A DNA stretch of 64,000 nt from Euprymna scolopes (Eukaryota): NCBI GenBank assembly GCA_053919585.1, contig CM132823.1. One strand, given 5' to 3'. Shown here piece by piece: positions 27,601 through 40,862 of this stretch. Numbering within the stretch: position 1 is the first letter of the stretch; each line of letters begins with the position of its first letter. The notes below the pieces were generated by a model. The model saw only the letters and a list, made by a program, of their open reading frames with translations, had not been told where the DNA came from and did not search any database. A program made the position numbers and the translations under genes.

Positions 27601-27807
27601 CAGAATGCTCTTATAAATGTTGTACCTATTAACAGTAACAATTACACTTCAGTTGTAATAGTCTTGTTTGTGTGTGAATTCGGGTGAATAAATATTATAA
27701 AAAAAACCTTAGACTGATGAACAGAAATACCTTTAAGTCATGTGTGGACACAGTTTTTAATAATTTCAAGAACGATCGACAAAATGGTCTAATTATCTGC
27801 CACTTAC

Positions 27808-27908
27808 CAATCCAAATTTTTTTTTCATTCTCGAATGTATCATTTAAAAGCGTCTTCAAGTAATCAAATTCTTTGTAATCTTTCGGATTGGCCAATTTGC
27901 TTCCAAAG
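27808..27908 (-). CDS. Host gene exon: C-type lectin middle (SFGSKLANPKDYKEFDYLKTLLNDTFENEKKIWIG)
   Basis: Acceptor ttttag, donor GTAAGT, 101 nt, phase 2 to 1. G-x-x-L-A, ExxxL and WIG CTLD motifs. Confidence 0.92.
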
Positions 27909-28013
27909 CTAAAAAAACAAAAACAAAAAGCAAATGAATGTAGTCAATACGTTTCTGAATTTTATAGATAGGGACTGATTATCTGTATTATTTGGGAATC
28001 TTTCTGTCGAAGT

Positions 28014-28090
28014 ACCCGAGGTGTAGTGGATAAGGGCTTTACTAAAATTCAGTTGTAAAAGTTACACTAAAGGTTCAATCCTCAGTGTAG
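28014..28090 (+). mobile_element. tRNA-derived SINE-like head
   Basis: A-box-like GGTGTAGTGG and B-box-like GGTTCAATCC. A second degenerate copy at ~33580-33660 shares aaaattcagttgtaaaagttaca. Confidence 0.45.
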
Positions 28091-28139
28091 TCTACTCTCA
28101 AAAGACAATTGACTTGGCGCCGGCCCACAAGTCTAAAGA

Positions 28140-28490
28140 GACTCATGCTTTGCTTCAGAAGGAGTGCTGCGACTTCGTTCCCTTCTTTTACTGGTCTCAC
28201 TCTTCCTCTGACCTGAATTCGCTGGACAACTTCGTTTGGTCATACGTCGAGAACATCACTAACATAACCTCTCACAACACCAAAGCCTGACTGCCGCCAT
28301 CCGCCGAGTATTTGTAGCTCCCGCTGGCGCTTGAGAAAAAGGCATGCTCCCAGTTCCGAACTTTTTTTGAGGTGGTAATTGAGGTTGAAGGCGGCTACAT
28401 TAAGTAGATATCAGCTGTACTACATAATCAAGTTACCTGAATTTATTTTTTTCGATAAAAGTTTTAAAATAAAGCTGTAGTGTTGTTTAA
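28140..28490 (+). mobile_element. Tc1/mariner transposase 3' fragment
   Basis: SSDLNSLDNFVWSYVE (SPDLNPLD-type motif) and KACSQFR..VIEVEGGYI C-terminus. Confidence 0.7.
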
Positions 28491-30263
28491 AAAATTAAGG
28501 ATCGATTCCAAGTATTTAATGTAATTTAAAAAGCAAATAATATGCCTGACAACCTCTAACCTTCAATCTATTTCCATAATGAAACATTTTCTTTGTGCTT
28601 TCTATAACGATTTATACAGGGGTTTCTGTGTATTTATCTTTTATTTTTAACTTTCCCGTTCGAGACGTTTTTTAAGATCCTGTTTTCTTTTGTAGCTTCA
28701 CTGAGTTCACATTATTTTATATGAATACAAAGATTAGTGCAAACACTGATGAAGGATTTTTTTTCATCATTTTTGATGGAGATGTACATTTGTGATAAAT
28801 AATTGTTGGGTCACATTAATTATATAAATATTACCATGATTTAAGTATTGAGTTTCAACCTTGTGTCATACATGAATGAAAATTTCTAATTATATCTTGT
28901 TTGTTGCTTGTTTTTGTATGTGGCTTTTTTCTTGTGATCCTTTCAGAGCGAGGGAATGTTACCTGCAAATAATTTCTCTCATACCTCAAAAAAATGACAG
29001 TCAAGATAAAACTGTTGAAAGACAGAAAAGATGTATTTGGCTTGATCTTTCTCCAAATCATTGACTAGTAGGGTGGCAGGGAGAGAGAGAAAGAGAGACA
29101 GAGATAGATTGATAATTATCATTTAATTATATTTCACCATAGAATTTTAAAACATGCTCACATGTTTAATGCTACCAAGAAACTTCAGACTTCTCTCACT
29201 CACTCACTCACTCACTCACTCACTCTTTGATCCATGTGATGTCATATGCATTTCTATCAATTCCCATAACCCTCAGTAATTCTAACTTCGAGTTCAGTAA
29301 GTTGACCCAAATGAATTTCCATTTCCTTGTATTCTTAACTGTCTTACATACTAATGTGTTTACTCGCTCAATATTTACATAAAACACAATAAGGAAGTAC
29401 AAGTTTTGTGATGCACCTACATTAGAAAAAAAATTAATTGACTGATCAGAATAGGTTTGCGTCACTTTTATGCCACCTTACGAAAATTAAAATTAAAATC
29501 AAAATGTGACAGATTGGGGCCCTACAATAGCGAATGAGTAGGGTTAACTAGGTAAAAGTCTAGAAACTTTATTCAACTTTTGATCAAAATTTGTTCATGA
29601 TTTTGGTTCAAGGAAGTGTCTAAAATCTAATGCTTAGTTTTAAAGGGGCCTTAAGAAGAAAGAAGGGTTGATGAAACCTTTTTAATTGGTGTGTTACATG
29701 CAGAGCAAGTATAGGAAGACAGAGGAAATTTATATAAACTGATTTTGGCTTCAAATTACTGAACGTGTGGTGTTCCTAACGAGCTGACGACTTTTCTTAC
29801 TCATTCATGACACATACATTTCTATCAATTCCCACAGTGCCAATAATTCTAATCTCGAGCTCAGTAAGTTGATCAGAATCCATTGCATGATTTTGATTCT
29901 AGAAAGTTAAAAAGAAAATTCAGCGAACCTTGTCTTTTTGGTGTCTAATGACTATGGATAAAATTCAATGCAAATTTGAAATATTTGAATATCCAAATGG
30001 AATAGGATGTTGTAATGCATATTATGCAACTTAAAAATCCTTTAAAATAGTCAAAAGAAACTAAACTTAATATTTATTATTTCATGTCTAATACATATTG
30101 TTAAAATTCCCCCCAAATCTGGAAAGTAACAGAATTTTCATAAAGGGCTTCCATTCCGTTTTTACTCAAATTTGCATTTAAAAAAATCAAACTAAATATA
30201 TCCCTCATTGTCTCAATTTTACTTTTCCATTGCTTTTGCATTTTTCTTTCTTTTCTAGCTTAC

Positions 30264-30330
30264 CTTTAAAAGATACCGGCAGCATGTTTATGATAGTTGG
30301 GTACTTTTACAAAACGGTATTGATATTGAG
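30264..30330 (-). pseudogene. Truncated pseudo-exon copy of lectin exon 32220-32301
   Basis: Same donor context (ctagcttacc). Reads ..FVKVPNYHKHAAGIF* versus FSVNVSNNHKDAASICK. Has a stop codon and no acceptor. Confidence 0.75.
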
Positions 30331-31518
30331 ACATTTTCTTTCTTTTTCTTTCTGCTTTCTTTGTGGATTTATACGTTTTTCTTCCCATTTTATAAACTTT
30401 TCAGTTTGAGACGTTTTGAATTTCTTTTATCTTTTTTTACTTCACTGATTCAGAAAGTATTTTATATGATTAATGCGAACACTGGCGATGAATAATTTTT
30501 TTCATAATTTCTGATGAAGGTGTATATATGTTATACGTAATTGTCCAGTCAAATTAATTACGTCAATATTACTATCATTTATGTATTGTGTTCCAACCTT
30601 GTGTCATAGATGAATGAAAGTTTATAATCATATTTTGCTTGTTTTTGTATGCGTTTTTTTTTTTGTCGCCAGCAAATAAGTTCTCTCATACCTCACAGAA
30701 AAGAACAAAGTTTAGGCAAAGCTGTTGAAAGACAGAGGAGATGTATTTGATTTGATCTTTATTCCAAATTAATAACCAGTGAGGTGGAAGAGAGAGAAAA
30801 TGATATTAATTATTGCATAATATCTTATCAGAGTATGTTAAAATCGCATGTTCACATGTTTTATGCTTTAAAAAAAACTGCAAACTTCTCTCACTCATTC
30901 ACTCACTCTCTCTTTGGACCATGTTACGTCACATCCGTTTCTATCAATTCCCACAGCTCAAGTAATTTTAATTTCGAGGTCAATAAGTTGATGCTAATTG
31001 AAATTTAATTTCATGATATTTCAGGAAGAAATTTTCTCTTACTCAAATGCATGTTTAACTTTAATTCAATCATGCATTGAAAACTAATCGTTAGAAATTA
31101 AGATTAAAAAATAAGTTTTTAAAAGTTTCTTTCAAATCTGTTCTTCTTTTTCAATTAGTTTCAATATCAATATTAATATTAATATTTAAATTTTTCCTAT
31201 GATATGTATTCTATATATGTTTATTTCTTGTTTGCAAATTTATTTTATTTATATATTTGCATATTTCTGTACCGAATTAATTAATTTGAATTTTCATTTT
31301 GTATTCTTGACTAACCGTCTTACACATTAATACATTTACTCGCCCAATATTTACAATAACAAGCAATTCACAAAGAATAAAAATAATAAATTAACTGATC
31401 TTGAACGTAAAAGAATGACGTAATTGTCTTGTATTGAAAGACATCAATTTTAGAGAACAAAAGTACAAGTTAATATTTAAGTAAGTACCGAATCAGGGTA
31501 GAGGCAGAGTTTTGACTT

Positions 31519-31541
31519 GGAGAGAGAGAGAGGGGGGTAGG

Positions 31542-31593
<52 letters not shown>
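31519..31593. repeat. (GA)n microsatellite
   Basis: Directly visible. Confidence 0.95.
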
Positions 31594-31596
<3 letters not shown>

Positions 31597-32219
31597 TTTT
31601 ATACTTGGCAACTAAATTGTATTTGGCAAGATATTGTCTTTATATTAACTCACATGTCATCCGATATGGGAAGAGCCTTTATTTCAGTGTCTCTAAGACG
31701 AGGAGGAATTAATGGCAAGAAGTGGTGGCAACGGAAACATGCCACTAAACTTATGTCCCTTTATTTGTGTGTTATCCATGTTGAAGTTATCGCTGCCATT
31801 GCTTGCCTATTTGAACTTAAAAAACTGTTAGTTTGTTAATTGTTTATGTTTAAACACACACACACTACGCATTGACGGCCAGTATGTAACACGTCATTAT
31901 TTAGATATACTGTATATATAGAGTATACAACAATGTCATTATTTACTCTCACAATATCTATGTAGTGCATATATCATACAGACATTATAAGACACGCGTT
32001 GATATTGTAGACAATAAAATGATACTAAACCTAATGTCTTGTACCTTTATTCCAAATTTGTAAGTGAAAAAGAAATAAAAATTCTAGAGAATTCTGTTTA
32101 ATTGGTGTCTTGTGACAATAGATAAAATTCAATGCAAATTTGAAATATTTGAATTTCCAATTTACCTCAATTTTACTTTTCCAATTGCATTTGCAGTTTT
32201 TCTTTCTTTCCTAGCTTAC

Positions 32220-32301
32220 CTTTTACAGATACTGGCAGCATCTTTGTGGTTGTTGGATACGTTTACAGAAAAGTAACAGTTTCCATATTTTTCATTCCAA
32301 T
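32220..32301 (-). CDS. Host gene exon: C-type lectin N-terminal part (DWNEKYGNCYFSVNVSNNHKDAASICK)
   Basis: Acceptor ttttag, donor GTAAGC, 82 nt, phase 1 to 2. W.....CY and A...C CTLD motifs. Confidence 0.92.
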
Positions 32302-32499
32302 CTAAAAAATAATAAGAAAAAGAAAATAGAAAGAATTTATCTAGAGAGTAATAAATGTATGAATGAAAAACCAAAACTTGTACATAGAAGGATGTGATAG
32401 TCAAGTATAAAAAAATGAATAGCAATAAATTAATAATTGAGAAAAAACACCAAATACGAAAAAAATATTTTCAACGTTGATTGCAATGCAAAACAGTTT

Positions 32500-32800
32500 C
32501 ATTATTTCTACGAAAGTTAAGGACTACTGAACATAAAATTTTGAACTACATTCTTCCTGAATAAAAACATTGAGCTGGAGTTTTCACTATCAGAACTACT
32601 ATCAGAATTACTATCAGAACTTTTCAGCCCTCATACGTCACTGTTCCACAAAAGGTTGAAATGTTTTAACTTAGCTAAGTGTGATGAGCAAAAGTATTTA
32701 ATGTTCGGGTCAATTTTAAACAAGCATTGTAACAGCTTCAAACTAGAGGACTTGTCTGCAGATGATTTTAAGTGCCTCATTTTTCACTTCAGGAAATGTA
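32500..32800 (+). mobile_element. Gypsy gag fragment of the same family as the elements at 50-59 kb
   Basis: KCFNLAKCD...LSADDFKCLIF matches ORF 57426-57668 and 51830-51980. Confidence 0.75.
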
Positions 32801-34389
32801 CTTTCTTACAATTCGACATAGATTTTTATCCATCAAGTATAAAATCTATATTATTAAAAACTGTAAAAAATCGATATTGATCAATGAATAAAGAATAGTA
32901 TTACTTTGAGTGCGCAGAAGTATGAGATCTTATCAGGCTATATATTTTGTATACCCGTACAAATATATGATAATACTTATATGAGCTTATATAGAGACCA
33001 CAGATTGTAATCTGTTGTTCTCTGCACAAGCTGTGATCGTCTGCTTTTTGTCTTGGTCCAATTTGAGTGCTTTGCTTCAGTACTTAGTGTCAATCATGTA
33101 TGCACTCACCTAAGACTGCAGCTTTGCATAAGTTTACAGGAATATCTACATTAAGGAACTCTTATAAGGTTACAGGAAGGGATTATAACAAATCTAATAG
33201 ATAGGAAAATGAAAAAAGTAGGCCTGGGTTTGAATAATTACGCATTTCATAGCAATCGAATAGAATCCCTCAAAACTCGAAAATAAATAAGAATACTGAA
33301 AGAAATCCATCAAATAAATGTAACCATGACTCCAAAAATGAATATGTATTTCCACCATCGTTCTGAATTAGCAACTCAGCACTAATTGTGTTTCGAAGAA
33401 AATAAACATTTTAAAATAATCTGCATTATTTAGATTCTTCAGACTTCTATTCTCATCTTGAGTGTTTTTTTGCACAAAGTTTTGGTCGATCATCGGGTGC
33501 ATCTTGTTAAACTCAGTAATCTTTATGTTGAAATCGGGAATCTGAACGGAATTTCAAACAGAACCCTTTATTTAATCCATAGTGGACACGTGGCAGTACT
33601 TGGTAAAATTCAGTTGTAAAAGTTACATTTCGTGAGATTGAATTTCAATCTTCAGTGCAAACAAGACTCAAACATAAAATTGCAAATTACTTCTACCCAG
33701 TCATGGCTGATAGAACAAGATATGCTACTCCATGGATTAAATAATTGATTCCGTTTGAAATTGCATGCAGAACTGGAGTTCGACATAAAAATTCCCAAAT
33801 TCAGCAAAAAGATTGCCAAGTTTGACAAGATACAACTGAAGAAAATCGAAGGTTATACCAACAACAATGTTATGCAAATAAAACTGAAGACAAAAGCAGT
33901 TGTCTGATTAATCGAAATAATGCGAATAATTAATCCTCGTCTCAAACATTCAGAACATTTTAAAATAAACTAAAACACACAAAAAACATACCCACGTAGA
34001 GATAAAGGTGACTTTTCTTACCTTAGGTAACATTTCTTTGTAATATATTTGCTTTTTTACTATTGTTTCCGTTTGTTGTCTATAGTAAAATATATTCAAT
34101 ATTTTTAATTCTCTATGATGCACATGGTAGCTTAGGAATAATTTTTCCCAATTTGGTACGATTTCGGACACGTGACATACCAAAACACGCACACACAGAT
34201 TGAAGGCAATATTAATGGCCCCCAGTCATAATATAAGTGGAATAAAATAAATGGTTTTATTTAATGCTACCAAAACAATGCTTATTTCCTTCAAAAACTA
34301 TGAGAAATCGTTTTTTGTGGTCCTGTAAGTGAACAAAACAAGAAAGAAAAAAAGCAGACATAAAATGCTCAATAATAAAATAGTCTTAC

Positions 34390-34456
34390 CAGAGGCGCAT
34401 GTGAAATTAAAATCTCTAATGTTTTCAGCATCAACGTTGGCATCAACACTGATTAT
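34390..34456 (-). CDS. Host gene exon before the lectin domain (IISVDANVDAENIRDFNFTCAS)
   Basis: Acceptor ctgcag, donor GTAAGA, 67 nt, phase 0 to 1. Splicing gives FTCASDW (CxxxW lectin start). SVDA could be a signal-peptide cleavage site. Confidence 0.85.
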
Positions 34457-34511
34457 CTGCAGAGACAAAATTTTGTTGAATAAATTGTCAACATTCAAAC
34501 ACGAATTTTGT

Positions 34512-37500
34512 AATGTATTGGATTGCATTGTCGGTGAAAAAGATTAGGAATAAACATAAATTAAAAAGAGGAAATATACAACAGGTGTGAACGGGTACAT
34601 AGGAGACATTCTATTGAACAGAAGCAAAGGGATTATCGAATATTTACAAAGGGTGATAATAAAAAAGACGAGTCATGCTAGAGCTAGGATTTTTGTCATA
34701 ATGTCAGCGAGCATATTTGCTGTGAAACAAAAAATTATTTCTACGGTATTGTTATTTAGGGCGTCCTTGATAAAGTGGTATTTTATGTCTATATGTTTGT
34801 ATCTTTATCGTTGTAAATATCCATGGTAAGCGCTTTAGCACTTCGATTCAAATATTATAATGGGAGCGTATTTTCGATGTGTGTCCATTTCTGAGATGGT
34901 ACATATCTTCTTGGGTAATTTTTATTAGTGCTACGTATTCAGCTTCACATGTAGATAACTCAGCCGTGGGTTGTCTTTTTGATTTTCAGAAAATAGATGG
35001 GCGATTTTTGAAACAGAAACAGTACCAAAACGTGATTCTTCTGTCACATTGGCCCGATGCCCAATCGGCATTACTGTATGCAATTAACTGTTGGTCATGA
35101 GTTTTTGCATTGCATACGTGATACTGAATAGTACCCTTTATGTACCTCAGTATATGTTTGGCTGCCGTCCGATGCTGTCCATGTGGTTCGGATAAGTGTT
35201 GTGATAGATCTGGCCGAGTACAGATTGTCAAATAAATTAAACTAGCGACGACTTCACGATATTTTCTAGGGTCGATTATGTCATCAGAGTTACTGTCGAT
35301 TGAATCCAACTTTTGTTCACGTAGTGTTGTCCTGAGTTTACCGTCAGACATGTCGAACTTTTCTAGTATCTTATTGCATACTATTCTTGGCTAATTTATA
35401 TATAACCTTCGGCTACGTCGAAATCTATTCCTAGGAAATGGCGGAGTTTTTTCAGGTCTTTTATTTTGAACTCGGCCATTAGCATTTCCTTGGTGATGTT
35501 TAGTGAATCAATGTTATCAGCAGCGAAAATTAAGTCATCAACTTATGAGATTATCATCAACTTATGAGATTATCATCAACTTATGAGATTATCATGATTC
35601 TTTAATGTGCATTTTTTAAAGGTTATTTTTTTCTCCCGGTCATTTCATAAAAAGGGGTCTGCTTTTAACAGTTATTAGACAGTTGTTATAATGTCATAAC
35701 AGTGTAAGTCCATAAAGTTTTTGGTAAGCACTTTCAACGATTATGCTAAACTTGCCATTTCAAATAGTGTTCATCAAATCCTCTAAGCAGTTCCGTTTTG
35801 GTAAGGCGGGTATAATGCTGAGATCCTGTGTTTTTTGTTGTTTTAACGGTGTAATCTTTGGAAGTCGTTTGACTTAACTACAAACCATATTCCGATCTCA
35901 GTATTTTGATTTTACTCTGGGAGAAATATCCCTGTAATAGATTAGGTGCCCGTTTGTCAGAGTGCTTATCTCTATTTTGGAAACATTTTCCTTGTAGGCA
36001 GATGTCACAATTTATATTGTTGTATCTTTATTTTTTATTTTCATTCCACTAACTACATGAAGTAGTTTTGCTAAGTCATCGTATTTACATTGGCCGAGTA
36101 TTTTATGCCACGATGGGAGAAATGCATAACTCTGTGTGGTTACTATGACTGATAACTGTGCCAAATTTCGTTGCTCTACTGTTATGGGAAGTGGGTCAGG
36201 GAGATTACTTATTGCACGCGCCTCGTACATCGGGTAGTTTTGCTAAGTCATCGCATTTATATTTGCCGAATATTTTATGCCAGATGTGAATATCCTGACA
36301 TTGATGAAAACTGTTGTATTCAGTAATTTCATCTTTCGAAATCGTTAGGTAGTATAGTCTTTTGTGTACATATATTTTAAATTTTGTACCATTTTTATGT
36401 TTGAGTTCATTTTTACCTTCGTTAAATATTACCGTTGCTCCATTTTTGGTTGCAGATTTTACAAAAAAATATGGCTTGTGGGGAGGAGAGTATAAGCAGC
36501 GCCATTTTTAGGTTAACTGTTACGCATTTTCCATTCATATCTAATAAGTGTATTTCGGTGTTTTCTCTTTTTTTTATGCAATACCATGAGTTCTCATTCC
36601 ATCCACTAACTCCATATAGTGTTTTTCTGACTGGAATGTTTAATCAAAGTTTTCATATTTCTTTGCATCTCTAACGATGAATGGATGATATCAACTTTCG
36701 TAAGTAGTTATCCTCCATTTTGAATGCAAATGTATTTTCTTCGATATCTGCAACTTTTTGCATAGTATCCCTTCGTATATAGCGGAAGGACTTTCTCTTG
36801 TGAGTGGTGCTTTTGCAATAGTTACACCATGATTTTCATCTTTTGTCGTTGTTGGCCAGTTTTTTTGATAATACCCTTTTTTGTTGCACGTAAATCTTAT
36901 TTGGTCCATGTATTATCTTTATCTTTGTGTTTTAAACTCGCCTGTCGCGATTATCGTTCCTCATAGTAGTCATTGAAAAATAGGCAGTTCAGTTTATGAC
37001 GTCATCACTGCTTGACTGGTCTTTTTGTATTAATGTTTCTTTGTAGTTGTGAAGTTCTGTTTTAAATTCATAGAACCTTAGTTTTTAGTTGATGTAGGTT
37101 ACATAGATAGAAAAAGGGTCGAAGTCGCTACAGTTATATATATATATATTAACTCGGTATCTACTTTCAGTTTCGTGTCTTTGAACGCGCATACCGCAAC
37201 AAACGGTACAAGTTCCACATAACGTTCATCATTTCTTTCATTATCGTTTCCATCTCCAACAAGATTTACATCTAAAATGGCGTCTTTTAGACCGAGTGTA
37301 CGTAGATGGCCTAACAATTTAATTCTCCAAATTTCATATTTTGCTTCATTGCCATCGAATAATGATCTGCTCCAGCGATTTCCTATTATCTCTTCTGGGC
37401 ACATAATCTGTTGCGGGTCGCATTGCCAGTGCAAAAAAATCGCTATAAACAGAAATTCAAAATAGGAAGTTTACGACACATGTGAGTAGACAAAGAGAAG

Positions 37501-37595
37501 AAATTTTATTGAACATAGCAAAGGATTATGAGAAATTTACAAACAAAGAGAGATAATAAGAAAAATTACAGTTATTGGACTTTCAATGTTCAACA
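34512..37595 (-). mobile_element. Ty1/Copia LTR retrotransposon remnant with internal deletions
   Basis: 5' LTR 37409-37595 with TGTTG..CAACA ends; diverged 3' LTR ~34512-34666. PBS GATTATGTGCCCAG. gag FDGNEAKYEIW. RT/RNase H: YREVVASLIYL..TRPDL, YSNADWA, NMLADIMTK. Confidence 0.88.
36111..36227 (+). mobile_element. Isolated right end of the same mariner family as 17329-18402
   Basis: Matches 18288-18404 including the TIR and TA. Confidence 0.9.
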
Positions 37596-37739
37596 ATTAT
37601 TCATGTGAAAGGAGAAGATAAATATTGTTGAGGTTTAAATGTTGAAAAAAGAATGAGAAGGTTTGAAGGCAGTGAAATGAAATATATATTAACAAAGAAT
37701 ACAGAAACGTATATTTGTTGAGTGGGACTTTTTTTTACA

Positions 37740-40260
37740 TGGGGTTACCACTTATCAAAGTCCGAAAGCCACTCAGGGATAAGGGTTATTGTGTGTACAG
37801 TAATCAATGAGATAGTATTGTAGTAATCATTAGTATTAGGGGTTTTTGATAGAGTGTCTTACTTAAGGGGGCGGTTTGTAAGGAGTTTGTTTATGTTGGA
37901 CTTGAAGACGTCCAAGTTGTAGTCAGATGGGAAACAGGCAAGCGGCAGAGAGTTCCACTGGCGTACAGTTCTAAGAAAGAAGCTTTGCTCATGGAATCTA
38001 CGTTTGGATTAAAACACAGATAAAGAGTGGGGAAAATTATTGACAGTAGTTTCAGCCATACGGGTGTTTCTCGTGAAAGATTGGCGAGGGGGGGACGAGG
38101 GATTGGAGCTCAAACGAGCACCTGCCATGGAAATAACAATAAAAGAAAGACAGGCTCGCAACGTCTCTTCTGTGGGAGAGAGGTTGCAGGGAAGAGAAAA
38201 GGGCACCCCCCACTAAACCACAAAGTCTATTTTGTACTCTGTCAAGGCAGAATAGGCTGTCTTTAGCAGCTCCTGCCCAGATGTGGTCTGTACTGAGAGG
38301 AAGATGACTTATCACCTGAATTTTTAAATACAGGGCAAGCTGATGAGGTTTTCCAGGGAGTCGGAAAGCACTTCTCCTTAAGGCAGCGCTTAAGCAGTTT
38401 CGTAAGTATGGGAACAAGTTTTGGTTGAAGCTTTTTTAACACTATAATTGGGATGCTGTTAGGGCCAGTTGCTTTACTGGAATCAAGGTTCTTGATTAGC
38501 TTGGCGACCTCATGCACAGATAGTTGTATGTTACCTAGCGTGTTCTGTGTTATAGGAGGAAATATGGGGAGTTGATGGACTTCGTCGCATAGGATAGAAT
38601 TAGCTGCAAAGTTCTTGGCAAATAGTTTGGACTTGTCTGATGCTGACGAGATGACCTCTGATTCATTGATAATGGTTGGGATAGAATGCACACTTCTGTT
38701 CAGGATCCTATTTGTTATTTGCCAAAACTGGTGGGAACCAAGCCGTTGATCTTGGATTTAACAGACTGGGCATATACCGCTCTTGAATTTTTTATTACTC
38801 TTTTACAGTGGTTGCTGGCAGTCCTGAAAGCAGCTTTAGTCTCAGTACATCGATTACGTTGGTAGTTATGGAAAAATTGATTTCTGTGTGCGATAGCAGC
38901 AGCACATTCTGTGGAGAACCATGGCTGGCTGTTAGGTTTTTGTTGGAATTTTTTGGATGGTATGAATTGGTCTGTGCCTACAATTAACCATTCGGTCAGA
39001 TCTGATACTATAGAGGACACTTCCTTTTTAACATGGAGTTCAGAGGTAAATCAGATATGAATGTACGGAATCTATCCCAGTCAGCCATAGAGTATCGGTA
39101 TACAGTACGGTGGAGGGGTATGTCTGGGAACTTATTACATTTCGCTTTTATCTTAACTGATATGACGGAGTGGTCGGAGGATCCTAGAGGAGAGTGAACG
39201 GAACATGAACATAACTCATGGGAGGTTGAGAGAAAAAGGTCTAGGAGGCTTGCATATTGACCGGGTGTATCGGGCACACGGTTGAGTTCGCGAACAATCT
39301 GAGTGAGGTCATAAGCAACGGCAAAATCATGACAAAACCTCCCCTTATCGTCTGTCTTATTTGAATGGGTTAGCCATTCCACGTTATGGACGTTGAAGTC
39401 ACCACAGATGTGGATGTTAGCCGAGGGATGTGCAGACAGGATGTGGTCTGTTTTCTCAGATATGCTCTCAAAGATAGTAACTCCGCTGTTGTGGGGCCGA
39501 TAGAAGGCAAATATAAATGCAGTGGTGTTAGCAAGTGCAACCTGGAAGCACATATAGGGTAAGTAAGGATCTTCTCTAGAGATATCCCTGTCACACGGGA
39601 AGCCATCTTTAATGTAGGTACATATTCCATGTCCATGGCGATCTTGGGGGTCAGATTTAGCTGTTAAGTTAGAGTATCCGTTAATTATGAACTCATCTAG
39701 GGAAGTGGTCGCCCCTATTCCAGTTTCGCTTAGAAATAATATGTTCGGTTTCGTCTCCTGTAATTGGGTTTCAACCTCTGGAAGGTTGGAACATAGACCC
39801 CTGATGTTGGAGAAGGAGACCTGGTAGTAGGGGTCTACGTTGGAAGATGGGGTTCTAGGTTTATTCGAGTTTTTTTTTCTGGAGATATTTCATGTTGAGG
39901 TTTTGGGATTTGTGGAACAGGTCGGCATATTTGGTTAGAGCAGTACAGAGAGGGAAAGTAAGAGAGAAAAAGACAGGAATTTTTTTTGTAGCACATGAAA
40001 AGGTAAAGCCGTAAAACTAGTATGGCATCGAGAGGCCCCACCAGAGACTATTGCATTGTCCAGATCCATTCACCAAATGGCAATACAGCAGTCCCAGTAC
40101 TTTGCGCCTGCTGATAGGACAGCCTCTCTAGTGGTTAATCCAAGGTTCGGGTCCCTGACTATCAGGCGTATAACGTCAGCCCAGACAAAACGTTTACCTC
40201 CAGCACCCTTACTAGTGACATGGCCACAAGGATAGACATAGAGACAGAAGTTTTCTGACA
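37740..40260 (-). mobile_element. CR1-like LINE (APE + partly deleted RT), pseudogenised
   Basis: FSNIRG, LSETG, YRPH, GDFNVHNVEWL, LDLFL, SSDH. KATGPNSIP, WKTSSACPVFKN, QYRP, then a jump to the C-terminal HIWAGA..LDRVQNR and RQWNSLP. Confidence 0.9.
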
Positions 40261-40862
40261 TCTCAGACTACTGTTCACCAAATACTACCGACCTTTAAGC
40301 AGCTTTTTCTTCACCCTTTGTCAGAAAAATCACTCATTTGAATGAGGACTGAGGGACAGAAAGGAGAAGCGAGAGTTACTGGAGCTGCCGATAACACACC
40401 CACTGTATTATCTACTCTCCATTAAAAAAAAGAGAAACGGGGAGGAGGGGAATGGGTACAAGTGTCTTATTCATATCTAAGTAGTAAGTCCGCTGCTAAA
40501 TTATCAATTCAGGACACTTTTGATGATAATCTCCCCTCCTATATTAATGGGTGGAAGTTTGTCGTTATCTATCTCTAGTTTGAATCATTGGAGCTTCACC
40601 TTATAATTAAAATCCAATAATTAACTTTCATCAATTTGTAAAGTCGGCTTAATATTAATTTACATTCGAGTTTAGATAATTATTCAAGGTTTTAATTTAG
40701 GAGGTTCCTTTTCATAGGTGACTTTTACTTTGCTAATGTCACTGTATTATATTTCGAATATAATTAAAAATAAGACTAACTATATTAGATGGTTTGATTG
40801 GCTAGCCAGAAAGCAAGCATTTACACTATAGGCAAGCTTGAATTAATAGTATATATTAAGTA

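Larger units (their letters stand above)
28570..32300. repeat. Old intragenic tandem duplication (copy A ~28570-30330, copy B ~30330-32300)
   Basis: Collinear matching blocks, e.g. 28855/30595, 29200/30890, 29320/31290, 29935/32100, 30210/32165. Confidence 0.8.

Noticed and set aside
28014-28090. Functional tRNA gene
   Set aside because: Has A/B-box-like motifs but no convincing cloverleaf; a degenerate second copy points to a SINE.
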